Positions 1 to 9,207 are shown, counted from the first letter of the stretch. The stretch is 33,392 nt of DNA from a virus (IMGVR_UViG_3300020042_004684:1-33392), one strand, 5' to 3'. Notes: generated from the letters alone by a model not told the origin. Program-made: numbers and translations.

Positions 1-63
1 TTTATCTGCAACGATATGCGGGTGTGTCAGGCGTGGGAAGAGCGCGAATCTGAGATGGATTGA
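1..63 (+). CDS. 3' end of a small conserved Cys-containing phage protein (partial)
   Basis: Frame 1 reads FICNDMRVCQAWEERESEMD-stop and is open from the window edge. Confidence 0.7.
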   Translation, partial: FICNDMRVCQAWEERESEMD

Positions 64-87
64 CGAAATGCCAAAATGTGCGAAAAT
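60..87 (+). promoter_or_regulatory. Possible sigma70 promoter
   Basis: TTGACG (60-65), 16 bp spacer, GAAAAT (82-87); followed by hairpin CCGCTG/CAGCGG (92-115) and SD AGGAG (122-126). Confidence 0.35.
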
Positions 88-132
88 CAATCCGCTGAGT
101 TACGGCATCCAGCGGCCTTCCAGGAGTGTCTG

Positions 133-564
133 ATGAATAATGTCGTTGTTCGGGATGTGCCAGCTAGTCATCTGCCAATCTATCGGCTAGAGGCTGAGCT
201 ATTAAAGCTGCCACAGGTAGATATGCCTGTCGAGCACGCTTTCTGCGCTGGCCTGTACGCTCGCACAATGCACATTCCGGCTGGCACTGCTCTGACTGGA
301 GCAATCCACCGGCAAGAATCGTTTTTCTTGGTTCGCAAAGGCAGCCTAATCGTCAGCACAGACAGCGGCCCCCGTACCCTTGGGCCAGGTGATATGAGTG
401 TTTCTAATATCGGCACTAAGCGTGCTGGTGTTGCCTTAACTGATGTAGAAGTGACCACTTTTCACGCAAACCCAACCAACGAGCAGGAACCAAATGCGTT
501 ATGGGACTTGTTTACTATTCCTGCGCCAGCACTTGAATACGCGCACTTGGAGGAATTAAAATGA
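133..564 (+). CDS. Cupin-fold phage protein
   Basis: AGGAG at 122-126 supports ATG 133; cupin-like pattern YARTMHIPAG..LTGAIH..FLVRKG..LGPGD. Confidence 0.7.
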   Translation: MNNVVVRDVPASHLPIYRLEAELLKLPQVDMPVEHAFCAGLYARTMHIPAGTALTGAIHRQESFFLVRKGSLIVSTDSGPRTLGPGDMSVSNIGTKRAGVALTDVEVTTFHANPTNEQEPNALWDLFTIPAPALEYAHLEELK

Positions 565-1208
565 CATTCGGACTATCTGGGGCAGCACTTGCGGGAATTG
601 CCGTTGGTGGCGCAACACTTGTATCGGGGCTTGCTCAATCTAATGCGGCGCAAAGTGCGGTACAAACTCAAGCAGGCGCATCGCAAGCAGGAATTGAAGA
701 GCAGCGCAGACAATTTGATGCAATACAGAAACTTCTAGCACCTTATGTTTCTGCTGGAACACCGGCACTAGAAGCACAGCAAGCATTCTTGGGCTTACGA
801 GGGCCAGAGGCAGAGGCTGCGGCTATCGAGCGCATTCGAGGTGGTGAGACATTCCAAGCACTTGCCGGACAAGGCGAGGAAGCATTGCTTCAGCGTGCAT
901 CGGCCACTGGTGGCCTTCGTGGTGGAAACATTCAAGGCGCACTAGCCCAATTTAGGCCACAGTTATTGTCTAGCCTAATTGAGCAGCAATATGGCCGTTT
1001 AGGTGGGATGACTTCGTTAGGACAACAATCAGCAGTTGGCGTAGGTAATGCCGGAATGCAAACGGGGGTCAATGTCTCCCGTCTTTTGGGAGAACAAGGA
1101 GCAGCAGAGGCTGGAGGGCAGATTGCCCAAGGAAGAGCATTTGGCGCAATCCCTGCGGCGATATCCGGTGGCCTTGGTTTATTTAGTGGCCTAGGAGGTA
1201 AATTCTAA
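561..1208 (+). CDS. DNA ejection/pilot protein (P22 gp7-like)
   Basis: Gly/Ala/Gln-rich, hydrophobic N-terminus, ASATGGLRGGN motif; first of three ejection-type genes; ATGA overlap. Confidence 0.75.
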   Translation: MTFGLSGAALAGIAVGGATLVSGLAQSNAAQSAVQTQAGASQAGIEEQRRQFDAIQKLLAPYVSAGTPALEAQQAFLGLRGPEAEAAAIERIRGGETFQALAGQGEEALLQRASATGGLRGGNIQGALAQFRPQLLSSLIEQQYGRLGGMTSLGQQSAVGVGNAGMQTGVNVSRLLGEQGAAEAGGQIAQGRAFGAIPAAISGGLGLFSGLGGKF

Positions 1209-2614
1209 TGCCAGCACCTATTGAATACGGCGTTCAAATCGCTGACCCAACGCAAGCATTTTTAGGCGCTTTCCAAGCTGGCGCAAGCATTCAGGATGCA
1301 AGGCTAAAGCAAGAACAGCAAACGCAACAGCAGGCAAATCAGGCATTGATTCAACAAGGCTTTGCAAAGCTGCGTGGGCCTGGTGCGACTACTGAAGATG
1401 CTGCAAATCTTGCCATGATTTTGCCAAAAGATCAAAGTGAATCGGTGCTCAAAGCATGGGCGCTAAAAACAGACGCACAAAAACAGAATTCACTTAGCCA
1501 ATCAGGAAAAGTTGTGTCTGCTCTTTTTGCTGGTGAAAATGATATTGCAGCACAACTAATAAACGATCAAGCTGTTGCAATGCGTAATTCAGGAAATGAG
1601 GAAGGCGCAAAGTTTTTGGAAACGTGGCGTGGCATTACCGAGATAAACCCTGCTGCTACGCAAAACTTTTTTACGGCTCAACTTTTGCAATTGCCAGGTG
1701 GTGACAAAATTGTTGAAAATATTATAAAACTTAGAGAAGAGAGCAGAGCAGAGGCAACAGCACCAGCAGAATTGCGAGAAAAACTTGCAAACGCAAGCAA
1801 AGCAGAAACTGCTGCTCGTGTTGCATTTGAGACAGAAACAGATGATATAGCCAAAGCCAAAGCACTAAGAAAATATGAAGATGCTAAAGCTGCAAAAGAA
1901 GCAGTTGCAGCAAAGTACGCAGAGCAAGAAGCCCAAGACGCAGTAAAAAAACGATTGGCTGATTTAAATCTTACAAAAGCACAAACCACAAAATTTAAAG
2001 TAGAAACTGGAAACCTTAATACAACAGGAAAATTGTTGAAGTTAGATTTTGATGCAGCACTTTTAGGCTTACCGTTGCCAAGTAAAAACGCTGGCACTAC
2101 TGTTGGAAATGCTACTGAGGATGAGCGCAAAGCTGCCGGATGGTTAGCACAAGCCGATAACGCTTATAAAAATATGTTAAGCGCAATGTACACAAAAGAA
2201 GGTAAAACAACTGGTGCAGAAGAACCAGGATTTTTCGAAGCCTTACCATTTGTAGGCGGTGGGGGCTTAACACGGGGGCCAGAACGCCAAAAGTTTGTAC
2301 AAGCATCAAGCTCATTATCTGAAGCCTTGTTACGGGCAGCTACTGGCGCAGGAGTTAATGAAGCAGAGGCAAAACAAAAGATTGAAGAATTGACACCAAC
2401 CTACTTTGATGAACCAGAAACTCGTAAACAAAAATTAGCAGCAATTCCTATGTATTTGCAATCGTTGCAATCAAGAGCAGGGCGTGCAGCCCCTAAAGAT
2501 TACACAGTACCATCTGTGCCTGGCGTATTTGTGACTACGCCAAATGGTCAAACAATACGATTTGATAATCAAAATGCTGCTGATGCTTTTAAGAAAGCCG
2601 CAGGGATTCAGTAA
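1208..2614 (+). CDS. Putative DNA ejection protein (gp20-like position)
   Basis: 468 aa, Ala/Lys/Gln-rich helical; TAATG coupling; synteny. Confidence 0.65.
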   Translation: MPAPIEYGVQIADPTQAFLGAFQAGASIQDARLKQEQQTQQQANQALIQQGFAKLRGPGATTEDAANLAMILPKDQSESVLKAWALKTDAQKQNSLSQSGKVVSALFAGENDIAAQLINDQAVAMRNSGNEEGAKFLETWRGITEINPAATQNFFTAQLLQLPGGDKIVENIIKLREESRAEATAPAELREKLANASKAETAARVAFETETDDIAKAKALRKYEDAKAAKEAVAAKYAEQEAQDAVKKRLADLNLTKAQTTKFKVETGNLNTTGKLLKLDFDAALLGLPLPSKNAGTTVGNATEDERKAAGWLAQADNAYKNMLSAMYTKEGKTTGAEEPGFFEALPFVGGGGLTRGPERQKFVQASSSLSEALLRAATGAGVNEAEAKQKIEELTPTYFDEPETRKQKLAAIPMYLQSLQSRAGRAAPKDYTVPSVPGVFVTTPNGQTIRFDNQNAADAFKKAAGIQ

Positions 2615-4803
2615 TGGACTACGAAGCACTTGCAAAACAATTTGGTGGGTCGGTTGCAACAGATCAACCATTTAGGGTTGAGGGTAGTGGCGTGCCTATT
2701 TATGCCGAAAGCGCACAAGCAAGCACGATTACACCTCCGGCAGGTTTCCAATTGTTGCCGATTAGCCTTGTTGATTCAAAACCTCAAGGTTCTTTTTATG
2801 ATGAAAAGTTAAATGCTTGGCTAACTCCAACAGGCCAAACAACACAATCAGCAGAACCAGCTAAAGACCTTGCAACACTTGCTGCTCAATTTGGTGGAAC
2901 CGTGTCTGGGCCATCAGAGCCATCCACAACGGCCACTGGCCTTGCTGGTGCGGTTACAAGGGGCTTGGCCTTGCCTGCGGCTGGTGCTGCTTTAGGCGCT
3001 GCTATAGGCGCTCCGTTTGCGGGTGTTGGTGCAATCCCAGGCGCAATTGCTGGTGCTGGCGCTGCTACGCTTGCTGGCTTAATTGGTGACCCGATTGTTG
3101 GCTCAGTCAATAGTCTATTCGGCACAAAATACACAATGCCAACCGATGCAATGGAGGATTTGCTTACCCGTGTTGGTGTAGCGCAGCCTCGCACAGCAGC
3201 CGAGCGCATCATGCAAACGACTGCTGCCGGTGCTAGTGGCGGGGCTGGCGGTGTTGCTTTGGGTAAAGCCGTAGAAGCTGCCGCAGCAGGGCCAATAGCT
3301 CGTGGGGTTGGTCAAGTGATGGCAACTACACCAGGCTTGCAAACACTCACAGGGGCGACTGGTGCAGCGGCTGGCGGTGTTGCTAAAGAGGAAGGCGCTG
3401 GCCCATTGGGGCAGATTGGTGCAACCGTAGTCGGTGCTGTTGCCCCGTCTATACCGTCGATGGTAAAAACGGTAACTGGGCAAATAGCAAAACAAATTGC
3501 ACCAGCGGGTGCTGGCATCAAAGAACAACTCACACCAGCAACGGTTGAACAATTACGACTTGGCTATACGCCACCGCCTGCACCAACAATTACTGAATCT
3601 TTGCAAAGCATCAAAGCTACCATTGGTGAAAAGATAGCGCCTGAAAATCAGCAGATCATTAAGCAGCAGCTTGCCCAAGTCCCTGATTCAGTGGACACCG
3701 TAAATTTTCGTTTATCGGGAACTCAGGTAGTCCCGGATAACGAAGCCTTGTCGGCCATCAAGCAAGGATGGAAAGACGGAACCATTGCCAGCATTAAGGC
3801 TGCATCTGACAAAGACCGTCAGGCAATGACCAAGATGCTCAACATTTTTAAGATGGGCGAAAAGAGCGAGAAATTCCGTTCTTTAAATCGTGCCGCTGAT
3901 ATTCTGGGTGATACCGTTGAATCAAGAATTCAGTTTTTGTCGAGCGCCAACAAGCAAGCTGGTGCTGATATAAATAGAATTGCAAACGATCAATTGCGTG
4001 GGCAAAGGGTTGATTTTGACCCAGCAATAAACACTTTTATTGATGACTTAGGCACTTTGGGCGTTAAGGTTGAACTGGACGCAAACGGGGTTGCCAAGGC
4101 TAATTTGCAAGGTTCTGATATACAGGGAGACCGACAGGCTCAACGTGTCTTAAACATGGTTCTAGAGCGTTTGAGTACGGTTAAAGCGCCTGATGCCTAT
4201 GGCATCCATACAGCCAAGCGATTTATCGACACACAGGTGGATTTTGGCAAAAGAAGTCTTGCAAACCCATTGACAGCACAAGCCGAGCGAACGCTTAAAA
4301 CATTGCGCCGGAATCTGAATGCAACTCTTGGTGATAACTTTCCTGAGTACAAAGCTGCTAATGCAAAGTATTCAGACACCATCACGGCGCTGGATGACTT
4401 GCAGAAAGCAGCGGGAACGAATATTGACTTTGATTCGGCAAACGCTAACAAAGCCCTAGGAGTTGCAATGCGTAAGTTGACTAGCAACTACGGCACACGA
4501 GCAAATCTGATTGATGCACTTGATCAGGCCAATCAATCGTCCGTAAAGTACGGCATGAGGTTGGATGATGACATCGTTAATCAGCTTATTTTTGTAAATG
4601 AGCTTGATAGGATGTTTGGCGCAGCAGCACAGACCTCGCTAAAAGGCCAAGTGGCTGAAGCGATGCAGACTGGTGTTGACATTGCAAGGGGCGGCGCAGC
4701 AAGACGGGCAGTAGAATTGCTAGCTGAAAAGGCAGAGGAATTGCGTGGCATCAATAAAGAGAACGCAGTTAAAGCAATGGAAGAGTTGCTCAAGCGTAAA
4801 TAA
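2614..4803 (+). CDS. Putative large DNA ejection protein (gp16-like position)
   Basis: 729 aa with Gly/Ala hydrophobic segments then a helical body; directly upstream of the head-binding gene. Confidence 0.65.
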   Translation: MDYEALAKQFGGSVATDQPFRVEGSGVPIYAESAQASTITPPAGFQLLPISLVDSKPQGSFYDEKLNAWLTPTGQTTQSAEPAKDLATLAAQFGGTVSGPSEPSTTATGLAGAVTRGLALPAAGAALGAAIGAPFAGVGAIPGAIAGAGAATLAGLIGDPIVGSVNSLFGTKYTMPTDAMEDLLTRVGVAQPRTAAERIMQTTAAGASGGAGGVALGKAVEAAAAGPIARGVGQVMATTPGLQTLTGATGAAAGGVAKEEGAGPLGQIGATVVGAVAPSIPSMVKTVTGQIAKQIAPAGAGIKEQLTPATVEQLRLGYTPPPAPTITESLQSIKATIGEKIAPENQQIIKQQLAQVPDSVDTVNFRLSGTQVVPDNEALSAIKQGWKDGTIASIKAASDKDRQAMTKMLNIFKMGEKSEKFRSLNRAADILGDTVESRIQFLSSANKQAGADINRIANDQLRGQRVDFDPAINTFIDDLGTLGVKVELDANGVAKANLQGSDIQGDRQAQRVLNMVLERLSTVKAPDAYGIHTAKRFIDTQVDFGKRSLANPLTAQAERTLKTLRRNLNATLGDNFPEYKAANAKYSDTITALDDLQKAAGTNIDFDSANANKALGVAMRKLTSNYGTRANLIDALDQANQSSVKYGMRLDDDIVNQLIFVNELDRMFGAAAQTSLKGQVAEAMQTGVDIARGGAARRAVELLAEKAEELRGINKENAVKAMEELLKRK

Positions 4804-4818
4804 CAGGAGAACCAATAA

Positions 4819-5304
4819 ATGTCCGCACTCTCGATCAATCCACCATATCCGGCCTTTGCTGGCGCTGATGGCCTGCCGTTGGAGAATGGTTATATCTTGA
4901 TTGGCGTGGTCAACCTAAACCCCGTGGTCAATCCTATCGCGGTTTATTGGGATGCAGCCCTGACGATTCCAGCAGTCCAGCCCATCCGCACGCTTAACGG
5001 ATACCCAGTCTATCAAGGCACACCATCGCGTTTTTATGCAGATAGTGATTACAGCATTCAGGTGCTGGACAGCAAGGGCAGCGTGGTCTATACCTCGTTC
5101 AATGGTAATGCCTTTGGGAGTGGTGCTTTGGCAAGCAACGCAACGGGTAATGGGGTGCAGACAATATTCCCTGTGTCGTCTGAGCCATCGGCAATCTACA
5201 TTAACGGCGTTTACCAGAATCAGAACACCTATACGTTTGCTGGTGGCAATGTAACATTCAGCCAAGCACCACCATTCACCTCAATAATCGAGTTCCTGAT
5301 CTAA
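4819..5304 (+). CDS. Tailspike head-binding-domain protein (stand-alone adaptor)
   Basis: P22 head-binding-like N-terminus (PYPAF..DGLPLENGYILIG..NP..QPIRT..GYPVYQG..DYSIQV); homolog at 31553..32044. Confidence 0.75.
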   Translation: MSALSINPPYPAFAGADGLPLENGYILIGVVNLNPVVNPIAVYWDAALTIPAVQPIRTLNGYPVYQGTPSRFYADSDYSIQVLDSKGSVVYTSFNGNAFGSGALASNATGNGVQTIFPVSSEPSAIYINGVYQNQNTYTFAGGNVTFSQAPPFTSIIEFLI

Positions 5305-5314
5305 GGAGTAAGCA

Positions 5315-5881
5315 ATGCTTAAAGCAGTCACAAATTTAGTAAACGTCAGTCAGATTACTGGAGTTCTACCCGTTGTAAACGGTGGCACTGGCGTGACCAC
5401 CAGCACAGGGACAGGCAACACGGTGCTCTCTGCTGCGCCTACGCTTAGCGGAAACGTCACATTGTCCACGGGTAATCTAATCGTTGCAAGTGGACAAGGC
5501 ATCGACTTTTCTGCTACATCTGGCACAGGCACAAGCGAGTTGTTTAATGATTATGAGGAAGGTACTTGGACAGGCGCAATTTCTGTAAACAATTTTAGTG
5601 GCACAACCCCTACATCGTTATCTGGAACTTACACAAAAATTGGCCGTACTGTTCAAATTACACTTACATTATTTGCTGGCGGTAGCAGTTTTGACATTGG
5701 TGTTCTTGTTAGATCAGACATAACTGGTTTGCCTTACTCAGTAGGTTCAGTTCTCGCTTTTTTAGTTGCCGGATCAACTGCTGGCGTTTATGGAAATGCA
5801 AGGGCATCTGGAACAACCATTACGATGGAAACGATAAGTTCTTCTGCTGCTATGTATATGCAATTTACATACCAAGTTTAA
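5315..5881 (+). CDS. Tail fiber/tailspike-associated protein
   Basis: LPVVNGGTG, GIDFSAT, DYEEGTWT, GTYTKIGRTV motifs; SD AAGGAG; homolog at 30703..31542. Confidence 0.7.
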   Translation: MLKAVTNLVNVSQITGVLPVVNGGTGVTTSTGTGNTVLSAAPTLSGNVTLSTGNLIVASGQGIDFSATSGTGTSELFNDYEEGTWTGAISVNNFSGTTPTSLSGTYTKIGRTVQITLTLFAGGSSFDIGVLVRSDITGLPYSVGSVLAFLVAGSTAGVYGNARASGTTITMETISSSAAMYMQFTYQV

Positions 5882-5889
5882 GGAAAAAA

Positions 5890-7203
5890 ATGTCACTTAC
5901 TAAAGTTTCTCATTCAATGATTAGTGGTGGGCCAATTAGTGTATTGGATTTTGGTGCATCTACAGTAAACACAGATGTGCAAAATGCAGCCGCGTTTCAA
6001 TTAGCTCTTGACTCACTAAAAAATATTGGTGGTACTGTTTTAATACCATCTGGAACTTTTAACATTACTAACCTTACGATGGATAGCAATGATTACAAAG
6101 GTATTCGGGTTGTTGGGATGTCAACTGAATTAACGGTTTTGAATTTCACAACAATCGGTACTGCGGTATCAATGAATTCAAATACATTTATTCAAAATTG
6201 TTCTTGGGAAAACATGAGAATAGATGCCCCTAACTGTAACAAAATGTTCCATATGGTCAATGGTTCACAATGCTCATTTAGAAAAATTATAACGGCGAAT
6301 TGCGGTAATTCAGGTAGTAATGCTAAAGCCTATCATTTAGAAAAATGTATGGCGACCTTTTTTGAAGAAGTGTCGTGGGTGGGGGTGACAAAGTACGGGT
6401 TTTATGTTGAAGAAGACTCGGACGCTACCACCTTTCTGCATTGCTACATGAAAGGTTTTGTTACCACAGAATTTACCGTCGTGTGTGATTCTGGAGATGC
6501 TCAACCAGCACACGTTGTCACAACTTTTCAAGACTGTATCATTGGCGGGGGAACAACAGCCTCCGTTATCGTGGCGCTTGCTGGAAATTGCAGTAACGTT
6601 ACATTTATCAATAATTATTTTGAAACAACGGTTCGGGCAATTCAGTTGGGCAATGCTGCTGGCCCGTACATTGCAAGCGAAATTTTGATTAAAAATAATT
6701 ATGTTTATTCAACAAGTTCAGATGCATTTTTGCTTCAAGCGTCTAACAACGTAATGATTGAACAAAATAATTTTATTTTAATAACTGGTTTTGACATCAA
6801 TGTAAACCAAACCGATGTTACAAAAAATCAAAATTTAACAATTCAATACAATAAATTAACAAAGCAAATTGGTATTAACTCAGGTCAAAACAAGGTTAGA
6901 TACCAAGATGATGATGGAGTCATTAGGGATAGATTAACTTTTACGCCAAATGACGCATTTTTTGTTTCTTTTACGCCTGGAACTATTGTCAACGGCGCAA
7001 GCGCATCGGTCACAACTACGGTTACTGGCGCAAAATTAGGGTGGATTGCTATGGCATCATTTAGCCTTGATTTAACTGGAACTACCATATCAGCCGCAGT
7101 AACTGCAATTAATACAGTAACCGTAACCATAACAAACAACACTGGCGGTTCAATTACTCTTGGTGCGGGAATTGCTCGTGTGTTAGTAATCCCATTCAAT
7201 TAA
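5890..7203 (+). CDS. Beta-helix tailspike/depolymerase (pectate-lyase-like)
   Basis: SVLDFGA..AAFQLALD..GGTVLIPSGTF start; Asn-rich beta-helix repeats. Confidence 0.8.
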   Translation: MSLTKVSHSMISGGPISVLDFGASTVNTDVQNAAAFQLALDSLKNIGGTVLIPSGTFNITNLTMDSNDYKGIRVVGMSTELTVLNFTTIGTAVSMNSNTFIQNCSWENMRIDAPNCNKMFHMVNGSQCSFRKIITANCGNSGSNAKAYHLEKCMATFFEEVSWVGVTKYGFYVEEDSDATTFLHCYMKGFVTTEFTVVCDSGDAQPAHVVTTFQDCIIGGGTTASVIVALAGNCSNVTFINNYFETTVRAIQLGNAAGPYIASEILIKNNYVYSTSSDAFLLQASNNVMIEQNNFILITGFDINVNQTDVTKNQNLTIQYNKLTKQIGINSGQNKVRYQDDDGVIRDRLTFTPNDAFFVSFTPGTIVNGASASVTTTVTGAKLGWIAMASFSLDLTGTTISAAVTAINTVTVTITNNTGGSITLGAGIARVLVIPFN

Positions 7204-7213
7204 AGGAATCAAA

Positions 7214-7480
7214 ATGGCGATAAAAAAATCACTAGTTTTAAAAAGCAATCTTGGCGATGAAGTAAATGTGCTTTGTTATGTTCGTGTTAAATTTACGAAC
7301 GCAACAAAACAAGCAGTCATTTGTCAATACGATTTGATGCGTGAGGGTTCAGATCACATCATTGAGTCTAAACAGTTTTGCTTTGATGCAAACGTGCAAC
7401 AAGACGCACCAAACATTTGGACTCAATGTTATGTTGCGTTAAAAGCCTTGCCAGAATTTAATGGCGCAACTGATTGTTAA
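7214..7480 (+). CDS. Small tail-associated hypothetical protein
   Basis: SD AAGGA; ends NIWTQCYVALKALPEFNGATDC; no counterpart in arm B. Confidence 0.65.
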   Translation: MAIKKSLVLKSNLGDEVNVLCYVRVKFTNATKQAVICQYDLMREGSDHIIESKQFCFDANVQQDAPNIWTQCYVALKALPEFNGATDC

Positions 7481-7551
7481 CCCGTACCAGTTCGGACAAC
7501 TGGAAACCTTAATGTGTAGCAATATAGCTACTCTGGAAACAAGGAAATATC
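7481..7551 (+). ncRNA. Candidate structured cis-regulatory RNA (arm A copy)
   Basis: 34 nt identical to the arm B copy; hairpin CCAGTT/AACTGG; second hairpin differs in sequence but keeps pairing; CCTT can pair with SD AAGG. Confidence 0.6.
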
Positions 7552-7791
7552 ATGGCCCTAGAAAAAGTTGTATCTGTCGATCTGATTGAAATTGTTGAAA
7601 ACAGTTGCATTCAAGTCCGCATCAAAACCTCCATCATGGAAGATGGCATCGAAATCAGTGGCAAGTTTCACCGCCATGTTGTCGCCCCTGGCGATGATTA
7701 CAGCGCCGAGGATGCTCGCGTAAAAGCTATCTGCGCTGCTATGCACACGCCTCAAGTAATCGCTGCTTATAAAGCTGCACAAGGAGTCTGA
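7552..7791 (+). CDS. Conserved small phage protein downstream of tail genes
   Basis: Close homolog at 28967..29212; EDGIEIS.KFHRHV motif. Confidence 0.8.
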   Translation: MALEKVVSVDLIEIVENSCIQVRIKTSIMEDGIEISGKFHRHVVAPGDDYSAEDARVKAICAAMHTPQVIAAYKAAQGV

Positions 7792-7792
7792 T

Positions 7793-8146
7793 ATGTCCAC
7801 TAATTCACAAATCGCATTTGCGCCTCTTGGCGAGACCGTAGTAGTTGCTGCGGCAGCTAGTGCTCCCACGGGCGTTCAGGCGCTCGTTAGCGGCAGGCTA
7901 GACGCACAGGGTACGGGTCAGTACCGAATCATCAATAACAGCGTTTACACGGTGTTTTTGGGCGTTGGCACAACTGCGGCATTGGCTACGGCAAACGCTG
8001 TAGAGCCAATCGCAGGAAACGCAAGTCCGGCTATTGTGTTAGTTCCTGGTGCAGTAGAGATTCTGCGCTTTGCTCGTACATCGTATTTCAGCGGCCTTGC
8101 ATCGGCAGCGGCCACCGTTTACATTGTGCAGGGTGAAGGCATTTAA
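7793..8146 (+). CDS. Conserved hypothetical protein (probably virion-associated)
   Basis: Near-identical homolog at 28612..28965; SD AAGGAG. Confidence 0.8.
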   Translation: MSTNSQIAFAPLGETVVVAAAASAPTGVQALVSGRLDAQGTGQYRIINNSVYTVFLGVGTTAALATANAVEPIAGNASPAIVLVPGAVEILRFARTSYFSGLASAAATVYIVQGEGI

Positions 8147-8475
8147 TGGCAATAATTACCGTCATCGCGGCACTATGGCTTTTTTACGTCTTTTACGTTT
8201 TCACGATGGGCGTATATCGCGTCCAGCTTGCGGGTAAGCTAACAGGACTGTCTAAGGTTCTGCTGATGCCTTTTGTGGTTGTTGCAGTACTTATGGATGT
8301 GGCTTGTCAAATGACGGTGGCGACAGTAGCTTTTGCGGAGTTGCCTAAAGAATTGCTAGTAACCGCAAGGCTTCAACGGTACATAGCCGGTGATGACGGA
8401 TGGCGCAAGACGATTGCGGTGTATGTTTGTAATAATTTGTTAGACCCTTTTGATCCCAATGGAAAGCACTGCTAA
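8146..8475 (+). CDS. Hypothetical membrane protein
   Basis: Two hydrophobic segments; TAATG coupling at both ends; arm A only. Confidence 0.7.
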   Translation: MAIITVIAALWLFYVFYVFTMGVYRVQLAGKLTGLSKVLLMPFVVVAVLMDVACQMTVATVAFAELPKELLVTARLQRYIAGDDGWRKTIAVYVCNNLLDPFDPNGKHC

Positions 8476-8699
8476 TGATGGAACAGCAAACAATCAATCT
8501 CATTTTGGGCGGCTGCATGGGTGTAGCAGGATGGTTTGCGCGTGAGTTGTGGACAGCAGTGCAAGACCTTAAAAACGATTTGTCTAAGCTACCGTTGACC
8601 TATGTGGCCCGTCTGGACTACAAAGAAGATATGCGCGAGATTAAAGAGATGCTAAGCAAGATTTTTGACCGTTTAGATAATAAGGCAGATAAAATTTAA
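8475..8699 (+). CDS. Small TM plus coiled-coil protein of the lysis region
   Basis: Homolog at 28394..28612. Confidence 0.75.
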   Translation: MMEQQTINLILGGCMGVAGWFARELWTAVQDLKNDLSKLPLTYVARLDYKEDMREIKEMLSKIFDRLDNKADKI

Positions 8700-8780
8700 T
8701 CACTGGCATACTTAGGCGAAAGCCAAGGACGCAAAGCCACCGGACTAAAGCGCAAGCAATGTCAGCGGGGTTGCTAAATT
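8693..8780 (+). ncRNA. c-di-GMP-I (GEMM-I) riboswitch
   Basis: GGCAnA-P2(CUUAGGC GAAA GCCAAG)-GACGCAAAGCCACCGGACUAAA..AUGUCAGCGGGGUUGC matches the GEMM consensus; P1 AAUUUA(8693-98)/UAAAUU(8775-80); G20/A47/C92 equivalents at 8705/8733/8774. Confidence 0.88.
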
Positions 8781-8793
8781 CATAAGGATGAAT

Positions 8794-9207
8794 ATGGTAT
8801 ACCTTGCATTGCGAAAAACAGATAGTCCAGGCTTTTTTAAAGGTTTGTTTTCAAAGTACACACGATGGCGATTAAAGACTGGCTACCCACATTGCGGCAT
8901 TGTTGTCGGTGGGCGTTTGTGCCATTCAACTTTTCAAAACAATTTGCACTGGTCGGATTTTGACACTGTTGAATTTGATTTATTTGAAGTAAATGTTTCT
9001 GAGACAACAATCTATGACCGTTTTGATTTGGTTAAAACAGAAAAATATGATTGGATTGGGCTGTTGTCGTTTTTGTTTCCGTTTAAATTAGGGGATAAAA
9101 ATTGGCTGTACTGTTACGAATGGGCTTGGTTTGCTTTAACAGGCAATTTGCCAGAGCAAAAAATTACGCCCGAAATGTTATTGGTGCAATCATGGCAGAA
9201 AAAATAA
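8794..9207 (+). CDS. Permuted papain-like (NlpC/P60 superfamily) peptidase/amidase
   Basis: His before Cys: YPHCGIV...KYDWIG...WLYCYEW; SD AAGGA 8784-88 favours ATG 8794. Confidence 0.65.
   Translation: MVYLALRKTDSPGFFKGLFSKYTRWRLKTGYPHCGIVVGGRLCHSTFQNNLHWSDFDTVEFDLFEVNVSETTIYDRFDLVKTEKYDWIGLLSFLFPFKLGDKNWLYCYEWAWFALTGNLPEQKITPEMLLVQSWQKK

Noticed and set aside
7481-7551. Hammerhead, twister, pistol or HDV ribozyme identity for the candidate RNAs
   Set aside because: Core consensus sequences such as CUGANGA were not found by eye; a covariance search is needed to exclude them
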